Source: a virus. Taken from it: 64,000 bases of DNA. The position numbers and the translations under genes were made by a program. The stretch is from IMG/VR virus record IMGVR_UViG_3300028833_002847, one strand, 5' to 3'. Positions 12,580 to 22,477 of the stretch are shown piece after piece (position 1 is the stretch's first letter; each line of letters opens with the position of its first letter). Below the pieces are notes generated by a model. That model had not been told where the DNA came from. It searched no databases and saw nothing but the letters and a program-made list of their open reading frames with translations.

Positions 12580-13217
12580 TGTCGTAAAAGATATAAAAGA
12601 TTTTTTGGATTATGAAGGTTTTTCATATGAAGAATTTAGTGAAGTTAAAAAAAAGCTTTTATTTGGTGGACGATATGGAATTTATGAAAAAGATAAAAAT
12701 GTATATCTTGTAGTTAAAAATCCAACAGTAGAAGAAGTAAAGAGAGCATTAGGCTATGGATACTAAGATTTTTGATAGATTAGAAGAGATTGCGGACTGA
12801 GCGATAAGTGGCGACGCTTCTTCGAAGGATATCGCGCACGAATTAAACAGTCTTAAATTTGAATTTAATAATCCTAGTAAAATATGTATAGAGAATGCTA
12901 AAAAAGAAGCTGAAATAAAGTTAATGAAAGCTAAAGAATTTGATAGAGGTTATCAATTGGGTAAACAAGCTAAAACTGCTGATGAATGGACTCTAGATAG
13001 GGATAGACAAGAAGTATTAGATAGATTAAAGGATAAAAATCCTGACTATTGGTGTTTAGATGCTTTGTTTGAAGATGATAAAAAAGTTATTACTAATAAA
13101 ATGTTATATGAAAGGTTAGTATATCTATTAGGTGGTAAATAATATTTAGTATTATATTTATAAAAAAATTATAATAAATAGAAATAGGTAAAATTTTTAA
13201 CTGTAATTGGAAATCTA

Positions 13218-13775
13218 ATGAGTAAAATTAATATTTATAAATGTTATAAGTGTGGAAATTTTTCTTTGAATAAAACAGGTTGGATGATTTATGGTAACGA
13301 TCATACAAAAAATTTATATATTTGTAAAGATTGTTTAATGAAAAGGAAGAAAGAAAGAAATAAAATGGAAGATAAAAAGACAGCAGTAAAGAATACTTTA
13401 AATAAAATTGTAGATGCTATGAATATTATTTCTAGTGATGAATATAATTTTGAAGAAGGGCAGTTATATTTTATTAGTGGTCCTATGGCTGGATATGATA
13501 ATTGGAATAAAGAAGCTTTTGATAAGTGTGAAGAGAAGTTACGTTCTGAATTAAAAGCTAGTTATATTTATAATCCTGCTAAAAAGATTAAAGATGAAGA
13601 TAGAGATTTTTCTTATTATATGAGAGAGCCTTTGCGCACTATTAATATGTATCAAGATGATTGGGAAAATGTAATTGATGCAATTATTTTACTTCCTGGT
13701 TGGCAAAAAAGTTTAGGTAGTGTAACAGAAGCTTTAGTTGCTCATGAAGTTGGAATAGATTTAGTAGAGTGGTAA
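13218..13775 (+). CDS. Nucleoside 2-deoxyribosyltransferase-like (DUF4406-type) protein with an N-terminal zinc ribbon
   Basis: YFISGPM motif and C-terminal LGSVTEALVAHEVG resemble the YxAGPxF...GTxxExG motifs of this family. CxxC...CxxC at the N-terminus. Confidence 0.35.
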   Translation: MSKINIYKCYKCGNFSLNKTGWMIYGNDHTKNLYICKDCLMKRKKERNKMEDKKTAVKNTLNKIVDAMNIISSDEYNFEEGQLYFISGPMAGYDNWNKEAFDKCEEKLRSELKASYIYNPAKKIKDEDRDFSYYMREPLRTINMYQDDWENVIDAIILLPGWQKSLGSVTEALVAHEVGIDLVEW

Positions 13776-13898
13776 TGTTTGAACAATGTCCTTTTTGTGG
13801 TAGTATAAATATTGTAGAAGAAAATCTTGATGATAATTTTTATGAATATTATTGTGAAGATTGCGGAGCAGGTTGAGACGATAATTATTATGAGTAGA
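13776..13898 (+). CDS. Small zinc-ribbon protein containing an in-frame TGA
   Basis: MFEQCPFCGS...CEDCGAG-TGA-DDNYYE reads continuously. Confidence 0.3.
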
Positions 13899-14105
13899 AA
13901 AGAAATTATAATTTGTGATAGTTGTGGTAAAATTATTCATAACAAGAATGAAGAACTTATAACTTATCAGACTAATTGTTTACAAGAAGATGGTACTTAT
14001 TGAACTGATAGATATCATTTATGTGAAAATTGTATGAATTTAATGTTAATAGCAGTTAATGATAAATTTGAAAGGTATAAAAAATTAAATGAAGATAATT
14101 TGTAG
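13890..14105 (+). CDS. Small zinc-ribbon protein containing an in-frame TGA
   Basis: CDSCGK...DGTY-TGA-TDRYHLCENC reads continuously. Confidence 0.3.
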
Positions 14106-14274
14106 TGAATGTGGTAGAGATATTAATGCTCTAGGACAAGATAATATGAGTTATACTATGGAACCTTTGTGTGAAGATTGTTATTACTATTTAAAGAATA
14201 GTAAAAGTTTAGTCAATCAAGGTCTGTTAAGGTCTTTATATTTAGAAGAGTATAAGTATGATAAAGAGTCTTAG
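14089..14274 (+). CDS. Small zinc-ribbon protein, 61 aa
   Basis: ORF with CSECG...CEDC. Confidence 0.3.
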   Translation: MKIICSECGRDINALGQDNMSYTMEPLCEDCYYYLKNSKSLVNQGLLRSLYLEEYKYDKES

Positions 14275-14643
14275 GCAAATTTGTTTAGAAAAATATGGAG
14301 AAAATTTTATTAAAGAATATGATATGCTTGGTAGTGGTGAACCAATTGGAGATTTATATTATACTATAATTTTTCTAGAAAAAATAGAAGAAGCAAGAGA
14401 CATATATAATAATCAGAAAATTATTAAATTTAAAAATTTTATATTGGAAAGATTTAAATAATGTTTGAATGTGAATATCAAAAATTTATAAATCATGTTG
14501 AGGGGCCTGGAGCTTGGCATGAATATTTTTGTATATTGTTTCAAGATGAGTGTAATTGAAAAGAATGTGAGGAATATACTAAAAATGTTGGTACTACCCA
14601 AGAGCAGATGATTAAAGAATTAGAGAGATTGGGCTTTTAAAAT

Positions 14644-14910
14644 ATGATTATTGAAAATATAAATAATTGGAAAATTTTAAAATCTCGTAGAAAATATGCC
14701 ATTAAGATTTTAAAAGAAATGTATGAAGAGGATAGGCAGAGAGGAATGAAAAGAAGAGAAGATACATATTTTAAAAATATTACAGACAGATATTTTGATC
14801 GTACTTTTTTAGATTTTCATTCTAGATGCTTAGCTGATCATCTTAATAAAATGATATATCTATTAGGTGGAACATCAGAAGATTTTATTAAAGAAGGTTC
14901 TTTATTTTAA
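14644..14910 (+). CDS. Hypothetical early protein, 88 aa
   Basis: ORF in the track. Confidence 0.3.
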   Translation: MIIENINNWKILKSRRKYAIKILKEMYEEDRQRGMKRREDTYFKNITDRYFDRTFLDFHSRCLADHLNKMIYLLGGTSEDFIKEGSLF

Positions 14911-15499
14911 TGGAATTTAGATTAAATTTAAATTTTGAATTTAAGCGTGAATTAGAATCTAAAAAATGAATTTAAGTGTGGGAAAGACGTGGGCATATCA
15001 CTTTTTTAATATTAGAGCGCCAAATCCTATAACCAGCCCCCTCTTATTACCCAGAAAAATATTAAAGGATTCCATATAAATCTTTTATGTAAAACGCTCA
15101 ATTTTTTGATGACCCCTCAATAAGGCTAAGTAAAGACGTTATAACATACAGAGTATATCCAAGAGAAGAAGAATATGATGTGCGGGACAGCTGGTGTTTT
15201 GAATAAGTATCAATCTTGTCCGCACATTTCATTTATGATTTTATATTCTGGTAAATCAACTTTAGAATCAAGTATGGTTACATAATTTATTTTATTTATT
15301 CTGTAAAATAAATAATTAATTCAATTACTATTTTCATTATTGATATGATGCTTTTGGTTAAACTCTTTATCCTAGATTCTTTATGTTAAAGCTTTTATAT
15401 TTATTTCTTATCTTTCTTCTTTTGGTTCAAAGAAGAAAAAGATTGAGGAATTTATTTGCTGTCCTGATACTATTGACTAAGAAAGAAGGAAGATATTTT

Positions 15500-15850
15500 A
15501 TGTTAAAAATTGTAAAAAAAGAAAATAAAAATGAGAACAAGGATAATCGCACTCCAACTTATTTCAAAACTATTGATGATTGTGCTTTCTTTTGTGCTAC
15601 ATGCGGGTCTAGTCCTATTAAGGTAATAAAGGCTATGCTTACATGGAAGAAGCAGCACAAGGACAACGAGCATGCCTTGACAGACGTAGCAGAGCTAGCT
15701 TGCAGGAAAGCACAAGCTATGGATGATCAACACGCTATTACTACGATCACTAGAGTGTTATCAATTGTATGCTCTGCTGATAAGACTATTAACAAGGATG
15801 AACAGTTTATTTGGGAGGCAGAAGACCTCAGCGAGGGCGAAAAATTTTAG
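15500..15850 (+). CDS. Hypothetical protein, about 117 aa, with GC-enriched codon usage
   Basis: ATG at 15500 with RBS GAAGGAAGATATTTT-ATG. The track ORF 15383.. starts further upstream. Composition resembles the GC-rich paralogs. Confidence 0.35.
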   Translation: MLKIVKKENKNENKDNRTPTYFKTIDDCAFFCATCGSSPIKVIKAMLTWKKQHKDNEHALTDVAELACRKAQAMDDQHAITTITRVLSIVCSADKTINKDEQFIWEAEDLSEGEKF

Positions 15851-15945
15851 CACACACACGACAGGTTTGCAAGAACTTTTTTCTCCTACGCAAAGTCTAC
15901 ACAACATGACCTAAAAGAGATATGTGGAGGAATTGTGTGCACAAA
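15833..15945 (+). repeat. Copy A of the repeated ~90-110-bp leader/promoter element (GGCGAAAAWTTTTAKCACA...GTCAAGAG...GTGGAGGAATTGTGTG)
   Basis: Sequence shared with copies at 18158, 19113, 20228, 20408 and 21268. Confidence 0.5.
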
Positions 15946-16048
15946 GATTCTCGCGTCAGTTGGTGGGGAGTTGTAGTAATATATTAGTCAAGGAGAGGGA
16001 GAGAGAAAGTCAAAGGGACTTTCGCCCAATCCAAAGAGAGGAGCCACA

Positions 16049-16438
16049 ATGGCTACCACGAACAAGGTTACCCGCTTTACCGCACTGTCCACCCTCATTG
16101 AGTTCGCTAAGGCTAACGACTTTGATAACGCTGAGGTTATGGAGATTGCTGAGAAGATGCGTGACAAGCTCAAGACTCCTAGCAAGGCTGGTACTACTAC
16201 TCACACGGCTAAGAACAATGATAAGTTCTTTGATGCTCATATGAATGTGTTCGCGGATGGTGCTATCCTCACAGCTCGCGAATACGCAAACGCTATTGAT
16301 GGTTTCCCCGTGGATAATATGGGTCGTCCTAGCATCCACAAGGCTACTGCTATCCTCGTTCGTGCGGTCAATGAGGGTAAGCTGGTAAAGGTTCCTAGCG
16401 AGAAGAAGAGTGCTCCTATGAGCTACAAGCTCGCGTGA
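16049..16438 (+). CDS. GC-rich paralog family member A, 129 aa, unknown function
   Basis: About 60% aa identity to 20720..21108 and 27724..28122 (shared FPVDNMGRPS(V/I)HKATAILV...SPEKKS.PM.YKLA). About 48% GC against about 30% background. C/G-ending optimal-type codons. Confidence 0.6.
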   Translation: MATTNKVTRFTALSTLIEFAKANDFDNAEVMEIAEKMRDKLKTPSKAGTTTHTAKNNDKFFDAHMNVFADGAILTAREYANAIDGFPVDNMGRPSIHKATAILVRAVNEGKLVKVPSEKKSAPMSYKLA

Positions 16439-16520
16439 TTATCAGTCCTGAGCATGACTTAAAACTGCTCAATTCTTTTATATTAAAAAGAATAAAAAAT
16501 GAAAATTGAATAAATAAAAA

Positions 16521-16943
16521 GTGAAAATGAAAATCAAACAAAACAGATGTTCGGGGTGGGCGAAATTTTACTACAAACGCACGGAGAAGTCAAGTCTGAA
16601 AAACCTTCTTCACAAAATCTTCATAAATGAGCAGATCTCCCGCAATTGTGAAGAATCTATGAAGAGCCCAAAACTGTGCTATAATGTACTTAAGGACAAA
16701 GAGAAAGGATATGCAATGTATAACAACACTGTTTTTCTAGTAACTGTTAATCCTGAAATGTATTATGGTACTCCTTATCACTTTGCTTTTAAGAATAAAG
16801 ATAATGCTAAGAAGAAATTTGATGAACTTGTAGAAAAGCACAATCTTTATCATGATGGTAGTTATCGTGTAGCACAAAGAGATTCAGAAAGCTTGCATCA
16901 TGTGGACACTGTAGAACTTGATGAAATCTTTTATGATGATTAA
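16521..16943 (+). CDS. Hypothetical protein, 140 aa
   Basis: ORF in the track. Confidence 0.35.
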   Translation: MKMKIKQNRCSGWAKFYYKRTEKSSLKNLLHKIFINEQISRNCEESMKSPKLCYNVLKDKEKGYAMYNNTVFLVTVNPEMYYGTPYHFAFKNKDNAKKKFDELVEKHNLYHDGSYRVAQRDSESLHHVDTVELDEIFYDD

Positions 16944-17220
16944 TATGGTGGGACTTTAGTCCCATCATTCTTTTAACTAGTTGGGGATCCCAACAAAAAT
17001 GTGAAGATATTGTGAAAGACTTGACAACTAACCCGGAAATATGAGATAATATAATCATGGAACGGAGGAAGACCCGCCAAACACAACCTAGTCAAGTTGT
17101 AAAACTGACTACAGGGTTAGGAGATACCATGACTGCTATTTTTGTTATTATTATTATCATGATTATTATGACAAATAACAATAACGGTCCTTTTGGCTAT
17201 GCTTAGAAAGAAGGTTTATA

Positions 17221-17487
17221 ATGGAGCGTGAATTTTCCTGTTATCATCTTATTGGTTCTCTTACTGTACTTAAAGATAAACAAATTATTGCTATTCTTTT
17301 TGCTACAGATGCTTTTTATATTTCAGAATTTAAAGCTATTAATAAATACAAAGATTTAGTTTGGGAAATTCAAGGAGCTATGAATAATAATGTAGTATTA
17401 AACGGAGCTAAAATAAATGCAGAAACTATTCTCTATGGTAAGAAAGATGATAAAGAAGTTATCATCCGCAAACAAACATTCGAGTAA
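17221..17487 (+). CDS. Hypothetical small early protein
   Basis: ORF in the track. Confidence 0.3.
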   Translation: MEREFSCYHLIGSLTVLKDKQIIAILFATDAFYISEFKAINKYKDLVWEIQGAMNNNVVLNGAKINAETILYGKKDDKEVIIRKQTFE

Positions 17488-17587
17488 GTCGATCCCTGTG
17501 AAGATTCTGTGAAGAAAGAAAATCCTAGACAATTTGCCCAAAAGTGTAGTATAATATAATCAAGGTCAAAGAGAGAAAGGATTTCAC

Positions 17588-17797
17588 ATGAACACTCTGT
17601 ATGGTTTCCTCCTTGAAGGTGAAAATGTTGATGGTGACCTGATTAGCTCTTATGTGGAATTTGAAAATTGTGAAGATGCTACAGACGCTCTTAAACTAGC
17701 TGAGAAAGAAGCTGAAACTATCCTTAAAGATGAAGATGGTGGACATATTGATATCTTTGATGAGGATGGTAATTTTATGGTTGATGTAGAAGTTTAA
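17588..17797 (+). CDS. Hypothetical small acidic protein
   Basis: ORF preceded by TATAATATAAT...AAAGGA leader. Confidence 0.35.
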   Translation: MNTLYGFLLEGENVDGDLISSYVEFENCEDATDALKLAEKEAETILKDEDGGHIDIFDEDGNFMVDVEV

Positions 17798-17871
17798 ATA
17801 TTAGTCCTGAGCATGACAATAAAAGGCTCAACTTTTTATTTTATCGATCCCAAAAGAAAAGGAAAAAGATT

Positions 17872-18108
17872 ATGATTACTATTAAGTGCGGGAAGAGCTC
17901 CTACAATACTACTAACATTGATTCAGAAGCAACTTTTACAATTAATGATGATGCTAATCTAACAGAAGTATTTCTAGCTATTGTAAAAGCTACTCAATTT
18001 GAAGGTTATTCACTTGATAGTTGGCTTAATATTATTAATGAAATGAAAGATGAAATTGATAAGGAATATTCAATTCTTGATTTTCTATCTGATTCAGTTT
18101 ATGATTAA
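17872..18108 (+). CDS. Hypothetical small protein
   Basis: ORF with RBS AAAGGAAAAAGATT-ATG. Confidence 0.3.
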   Translation: MITIKCGKSSYNTTNIDSEATFTINDDANLTEVFLAIVKATQFEGYSLDSWLNIINEMKDEIDKEYSILDFLSDSVYD

Positions 18109-18157
18109 ATAATTTAAGAGAGTGAAGAGCTCTTCTATAATACTTTTAAGTATCTGC

Positions 18158-18262
18158 GACGGCGAAATATTTTATCACACGGCTGAGGAAATGTCAAGAG
18201 CTTCACAATATCTACACAATTAAGCAGATCTGCCCAAAATGTGAAGGAATTATGAAGATTAA
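18158..18262 (+). repeat. Copy B of the repeated leader/promoter element
   Basis: GACGGCGAAATATTTTATCACAC...ATGTCAAGAGCTTCACAATATCTACACAAT...GTGAAGGAATTATGAAG. Confidence 0.45.
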
Positions 18263-18305
18263 AATTAAGGCTTGACCGCACATAATGTAAGTAGTAATAT
18301 AATAA

Positions 18306-18506
18306 TTGTCAGTTGGTTACTACTATTGGAGATTAAACATGCTTACATCACTTGTTTTAACCTATGCTTGGTGCCTGACTGTAGTTTTTATTCTATTGCT
18401 TACTTTGTATCTTGATAACAAAAATTATTATCTTGGTGTTGGCTATTATATTATTATTGGTCTATTCTTTTTGATTATTACTGCGTGGATAAGCTACGTT
18501 AGTTAA
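18306..18506 (+). CDS. Small membrane protein, 66 aa
   Basis: Hydrophobic ORF with TATAATATAAT motif upstream. Confidence 0.3.
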   Translation: MSVGYYYWRLNMLTSLVLTYAWCLTVVFILLLTLYLDNKNYYLGVGYYIIIGLFFLIITAWISYVS

Positions 18507-18588
18507 TTCACAATTCCTTCACAATTCAAGATTGTCACTTGACAAACTCCCATCTCTTGTGTAATATAATAATTGACAGAAACAAGAG

Positions 18589-18792
18589 ATGGGAGTTACG
18601 ATGAAAGCTATGACACTCACAGAAGCTAAAGCTTATTACACTCCCATTATTCAAGCAGAGGTCAATCGTTGTAATATGCTTATTGAAAGCATTGAAGAAA
18701 CAATTGCAGAAATTGGTGAAGATGATGATATAATTCAACTTCTTAATGAAACTATTAATGAGCGTGATATTTGGGCTAGTGGATTGGAGTAA
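18589..18792 (+). CDS. Hypothetical small acidic protein
   Basis: ORF with TATAATATAAT motif upstream. Confidence 0.3.
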   Translation: MGVTMKAMTLTEAKAYYTPIIQAEVNRCNMLIESIEETIAEIGEDDDIIQLLNETINERDIWASGLE

Positions 18793-18797
18793 TAATT

Positions 18798-19019
18798 ATG
18801 TTAGTTTATATTGTAACTCTTCGGTATGAAGACTATTCTACTATCCTTGGAGTATATCATTCTTTTCCAACTGCATTTAAAGATATTTTAGAAGAACATA
18901 TTCATTGTCATGAACCTTTTACAGCTATTGATTGGAGTAACTGGAAAACAGATAAATCTCTTATTATTGAATTAGATGAATATAATGAAATTAAAATTAA
19001 ACAATATCAAGTTTGGTAA
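18798..19019 (+). CDS. Hypothetical small protein
   Basis: ORF in the track. Confidence 0.3.
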   Translation: MLVYIVTLRYEDYSTILGVYHSFPTAFKDILEEHIHCHEPFTAIDWSNWKTDKSLIIELDEYNEIKIKQYQVW

Positions 19020-19023
19020 TAAA

Positions 19024-19050
19024 AAAGAGCTTAACAGCTCTTTTTTTTTA
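19024..19050 (+). terminator. Rho-independent terminator
   Basis: AGAGCT-TAAC-AGCTCT hairpin followed by a T9 tract. Confidence 0.6.
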
Positions 19051-19112
19051 TATCTTAAAATAGAACATTTGTTCTATCGCGAGATCTTAAAACTAATACA
19101 ATGATTGATATC

Positions 19113-19200
19113 AGTGGCGGCGAAAATTTTAGCACATCGCGCAACAGAAGTCAAATGAAGATTTTGTGAAAACACAAAGTGAACACAATTGTCCCAATAG
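19113..19200 (+). repeat. Copy C of the repeated leader/promoter element
   Basis: GTGGCGGCGAAAATTTTAGCACATCGCG...AGTCAAATGAAG...GTGAACACAATTGTCCC. Confidence 0.45.
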
Positions 19201-19370
19201 TCCAGAAAGTAAGATAGTTTATACGGGTCAAATAAAGATTTTAATTATCAAAGCAAAAAACGATCGATCTACCTGCGGTTTCACAAAGTCTACACAATTA
19301 AAGAAAGTCGTTGACTTTCACACTAAAGAGCGTATACTAATAGCTGTCCAAAGGGAAACAACGAAAGGAA

Positions 19371-20081
19371 ATGGACATGCGTAAGGTTTTCGCTATTCTT
19401 GACATTGAGACTGTTACTGATGCTCGTTTGGCTTTTGATATTGCATGGATTGTTTGCGATTCTAAGGGTAACATCCTTGAGCGTTATAACGCTCTTGTGA
19501 GTGAAGTTGTTAATAGTCCTTTTGGTATGGCTTTCTTGCGTCGTGATTCTTTCATTAAAAATAAGGCTCAAATGTATATTGATGCTATTAATTTTAATGG
19601 TATTGATATTAAGTCCTTTGAGGATATCATGCAAGATTTTAATAATATCTCTGCTCGTTACAATGCTAAAACTGTTATGTGTGCTTATAATGCTAAGTTT
19701 GATTACAGTGTACTTAATGATAACGCTAGTTATATTTATGGCTATGGTGAGCAATTCTTTAATGATAATGTTGAAATTGTTGATATCATGACTATGGCAT
19801 TAGCTACTATTTGCGATACTAATAAATATATTCTTTGGTGCATTCAGAATGGCATGGTTACAGAAAAGGGTAATGTAAAGACTAATGCACAAACTGTTTA
19901 TGCTTACATGCTTGATGATATTAATTTTGTAGAAGCACATCACGCATTAGAAGATTGCGAAATTGAAAAGGATATATATTTTAAGGCTCGTAAGCGTAAA
20001 CAAAAGCAGCATAAGCAATTTGCAATGCCTATGTTTCATTGCAAGGAATGGAAAAAAGTACAATCTCGCAATGTAAAATAG
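19371..20081 (+). CDS. DEDDh-type 3'-5' exonuclease (DnaQ-like)
   Basis: Exo I ILDIETV, Exo II AYNAKFDYSVL and Exo III HHALEDCEI motifs. Confidence 0.65.
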   Translation: MDMRKVFAILDIETVTDARLAFDIAWIVCDSKGNILERYNALVSEVVNSPFGMAFLRRDSFIKNKAQMYIDAINFNGIDIKSFEDIMQDFNNISARYNAKTVMCAYNAKFDYSVLNDNASYIYGYGEQFFNDNVEIVDIMTMALATICDTNKYILWCIQNGMVTEKGNVKTNAQTVYAYMLDDINFVEAHHALEDCEIEKDIYFKARKRKQKQHKQFAMPMFHCKEWKKVQSRNVK

Positions 20082-20082
20082 C

Positions 20083-20116
20083 AATAAAAAAAGGGTAGGA
20101 TGTAAAAGTCCTACCC
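20083..20116 (+). terminator. Hairpin terminator candidate
   Basis: GGGTAGGA...TCCTACCC stem after the stop codon. Weak U-tract. Confidence 0.3.
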
Positions 20117-20227
20117 TAAATAGTATTAACCAAGAGAAGAAAGTATAATGTGCGGGAATTGTGTTGACTTTGTGAATTAACTGATTCTGGCTTGACAATA
20201 ATTTGTTCATATGAGATAATTATAATG

Positions 20228-20330
20228 GGGGAGAGATCGACCTGGACGAAAAATTATAACACATTCGCGAGGAAAAGTCAAGAGAAAATTTCAATCTACA
20301 CAGAATCTCCACATTTGCCCAGATCTGCCG
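20228..20330 (+). repeat. Copy D of the repeated leader/promoter element
   Basis: GACGAAAAATTATAACACA...AAAAGTCAAGAGAAAATTTCAATCTACACAGAATCTCCACATTTGCCCAGATCTGCCGCACATC. Confidence 0.45.
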
Positions 20331-20407
20331 CACATCAAAAATTTAATTAAAAAGCCCAGGACGATCGCATCAATATTTGAATAATTTCATATCAAAGTTT
20401 AAACATA

Positions 20408-20490
20408 TCAAAATATCAACGAGGACGAAAATTATACCACGTCCGCATGAGACTTGTCAAGAAAAATTTTTCTTCACATTTCCCGCACAA
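20408..20490 (+). repeat. Copy E of the repeated leader/promoter element
   Basis: GACGAAAATTATACCACG...TTGTCAAGAAAAATTTTTCTTCACATTTCCCGCACAAATC. Confidence 0.45.
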
Positions 20491-20719
20491 ATCAATCCTG
20501 AAACTAGTTCAAGATAAAAAGCTTAATAGTTCAAGATAAAAAGTTAATTAGTTCAATTTCAGACCAAAAAGTTCAATTCAATCAATTGTGGAGGAATTGT
20601 GTGGAAGGGAATTTCTCGTGCCTGTTGGGTCGAATCCATGATAATATATAGTTGTCCGAAGGGGAAAGAGAAAATTCCGAAAGGCGGAATGGTTCCCCTA
20701 GACAGAAAGAGGTGCCCTA

Positions 20720-21108
20720 TGGCTACCAAGTTCAACGTCACTCGCAAGCAGGCTCTTGAGTCCATCATTGAGTTTGCGAAGGCTAACGAGTACGATAACA
20801 CGGATGTGATGGATGTGCTCAACAACATGCTTTCTAAGCTTCAGACTACCTCTAAGCGTTCGGGTGAGACGGCAGCTCACAAGACTAACGCGAATATGCT
20901 TCAGAAGTATCTGAATCTCTTCGCGGATGGTGCTGTTCTTACGTCTCGTGAGTTTGCTAATAACGCGGATGGTTTCCCTGTTGATAACATGGGGCGTCCC
21001 TCTGTTCACAAGGCCACGGCCATTTTGGTGCAGGGCGTGAATGATGGAGTTCTTGTGAAGGTTTCGCCTGAAAAGAAGTCCAAGCCCATGGGGTACAAGT
21101 TGGCCTAG
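20720..21108 (+). CDS. GC-rich paralog family member B, 129 aa
   Basis: Paralog of 16049..16438 and 27724..28122. Codon-optimised and GC-rich. Confidence 0.6.
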
Positions 21109-21267
21109 TCAATGGAGTTTGGGGAGTCTCCACAAAATCCCCACATATTAAATTTTGAATGGTCTGGCATCAAAAGTCAGACCATTTTCTTTCAAATTTT
21201 ATTAGAACACGTGTTTGGGCGGAAGATCTCAGCTAGTATCAAGATTTTAGTTAAATGGTTGATCGGT

Positions 21268-21372
21268 GTTGGCGAAAATTTTATCATATGTGCGACCAGT
21301 TGTCAAGAAGAAATTTTCAATTCACAGAGTCTACATAAGTTATCCTAATTGTGCAGGTTTTGTGAAGTATCA
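21268..21372 (+). repeat. Copy F of the repeated leader/promoter element
   Basis: GGCGAAAATTTTATCATATG...GTTGTCAAGAAGAAATTTTCAATTCACAGAGTCTACATAAG...TTTTGTGAAG. Confidence 0.45.
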
Positions 21373-21384
21373 AGATTACAACTA

Positions 21385-21625
21385 GATTGGGCTCTGTTGG
21401 GTGTATAATAAAGTCACAGACGAGGCACAGGGGATGATAGTCCTACGCAAGCGTGAACCGGGTGGTCTGGTTAATGGGCATTGTGCCGGCAGGTCAAGAC
21501 AGAAAATAGCTACAGTCAGGTCTAAAGTCTGCGTGAGCGAAATTTTTGGCAGCTGCATAGGCAAATTTTCTATCGAATGGCAAGGTTATAGGCGATTCAA
21601 CCATAGGCCCAAAATATAGGCAAAA
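21385..21625 (+). ncRNA. Candidate GC-rich structured ncRNA (alternatively a 72-aa GC-rich ORF)
   Basis: A TATAAT at about 21406 is followed by a 55% GC segment unlike the local background. No RBS for ORF 21401..21619. Many internal complementary stretches. Confidence 0.3.
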
Positions 21626-21639
21626 ATAATAAAATTTAC

Positions 21640-21830
21640 TTGACAACTGATAGATTTTTATGATATAATAAAAATAATATGTCAATTTTAGTTGAAAATC
21701 AAGAATTTTTAACAGAAAAATGAAAATTATACTTGACAACTGACTAATTTTCATGATAAAATGAAAGTTTATACCTAATTTTGTGCGCATTTATAACAAA
21801 AAAGAGCCCTTTCGGACTCTTTCTAGTGTT
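21640..21830 (+). promoter_or_regulatory. Two tandem sigma70/sigmaA-type promoters (TTGACA-18-TATAAT at 21640-21669; TTGACA-18-TGnTAAAAT at 21733-21763). They drive short non-coding transcripts ending at a hairpin near 21800-21825
   Basis: Consensus hexamers with 18-bp spacers. No ORF downstream. AAGAGCCCTTTCGGACTCTT hairpin shared with the convergent gene. Confidence 0.45.
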
Positions 21831-21846
21831 TTTATTAATATTTTTA

Positions 21847-22245
21847 CTAAACTGCTTGATAACGGAATGGATCGTTCTTCTTCTCCTTCTCAAGACGCTG
21901 AATCAGGCCAAGCTCAACACCAAGCTTGAGAACTGCGGTTGCCTTAGGGGCAGAAGGAATCTCATCAAAGAGCTCCTTAATCTCACCAGCAGTCTTAGGC
22001 TCAACCAGCGCAGGAAGAATAAGCTCTACAAGCTTCTCATTCTCCTCACGCTTCTTGGAGTTACCAGTGGTACGAGAGCGGTTAAGCTTCTGATACATGT
22101 TACCAAGGACATTGAGGAGGTCCTCAACAGTAGCGTCTTGATTCTCTGCTTGAACAGCTTCGACAAACTCATCCTGATACATCTCGACGTAGTTACGAAC
22201 GATAGCAATTGCAGCCTTCTGAGTGATAGCGTTCTTAGTAGTCAT
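21847..22245 (-). CDS. GC-rich codon-optimised protein, 132 aa, unknown function, on the opposite strand
   Basis: Complete ORF. Its leader (reverse strand) carries the same TATTATATAT...GAAAGGGAGAGAG motif as the GC-rich paralogs. Confidence 0.5.
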   Translation of the reverse strand: MTTKNAITQKAAIAIVRNYVEMYQDEFVEAVQAENQDATVEDLLNVLGNMYQKLNRSRTTGNSKKREENEKLVELILPALVEPKTAGEIKELFDEIPSAPKATAVLKLGVELGLIQRLEKEKKNDPFRYQAV

Positions 22246-22477
22246 ACTAACCTTCTTTCTTTGATTGGGAGTCAGACTCCTTTTGTCTGATTACTCTCTC
22301 CCTTTCGTTATATATATAATATCATGATTTAGACCCGGTTGTATACGAAAAACTTTGAAAGCTGGTTAAAAAAAATTGTTTCAGATTGTACAGAGAATTG
22401 CTATGCAGGTGTTAAAATGGAGATGCACTCCCCACCAAATACACACCATCAAATTTTTATCCCCAACTAAAACATAT

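Noticed and set aside
21401-21619. Protein-coding call for the GC-rich 72-aa ORF
   Set aside because: No RBS, odd amino-acid composition and no similarity to the other GC-rich protein family. Kept only as an alternative to the ncRNA hypothesis.
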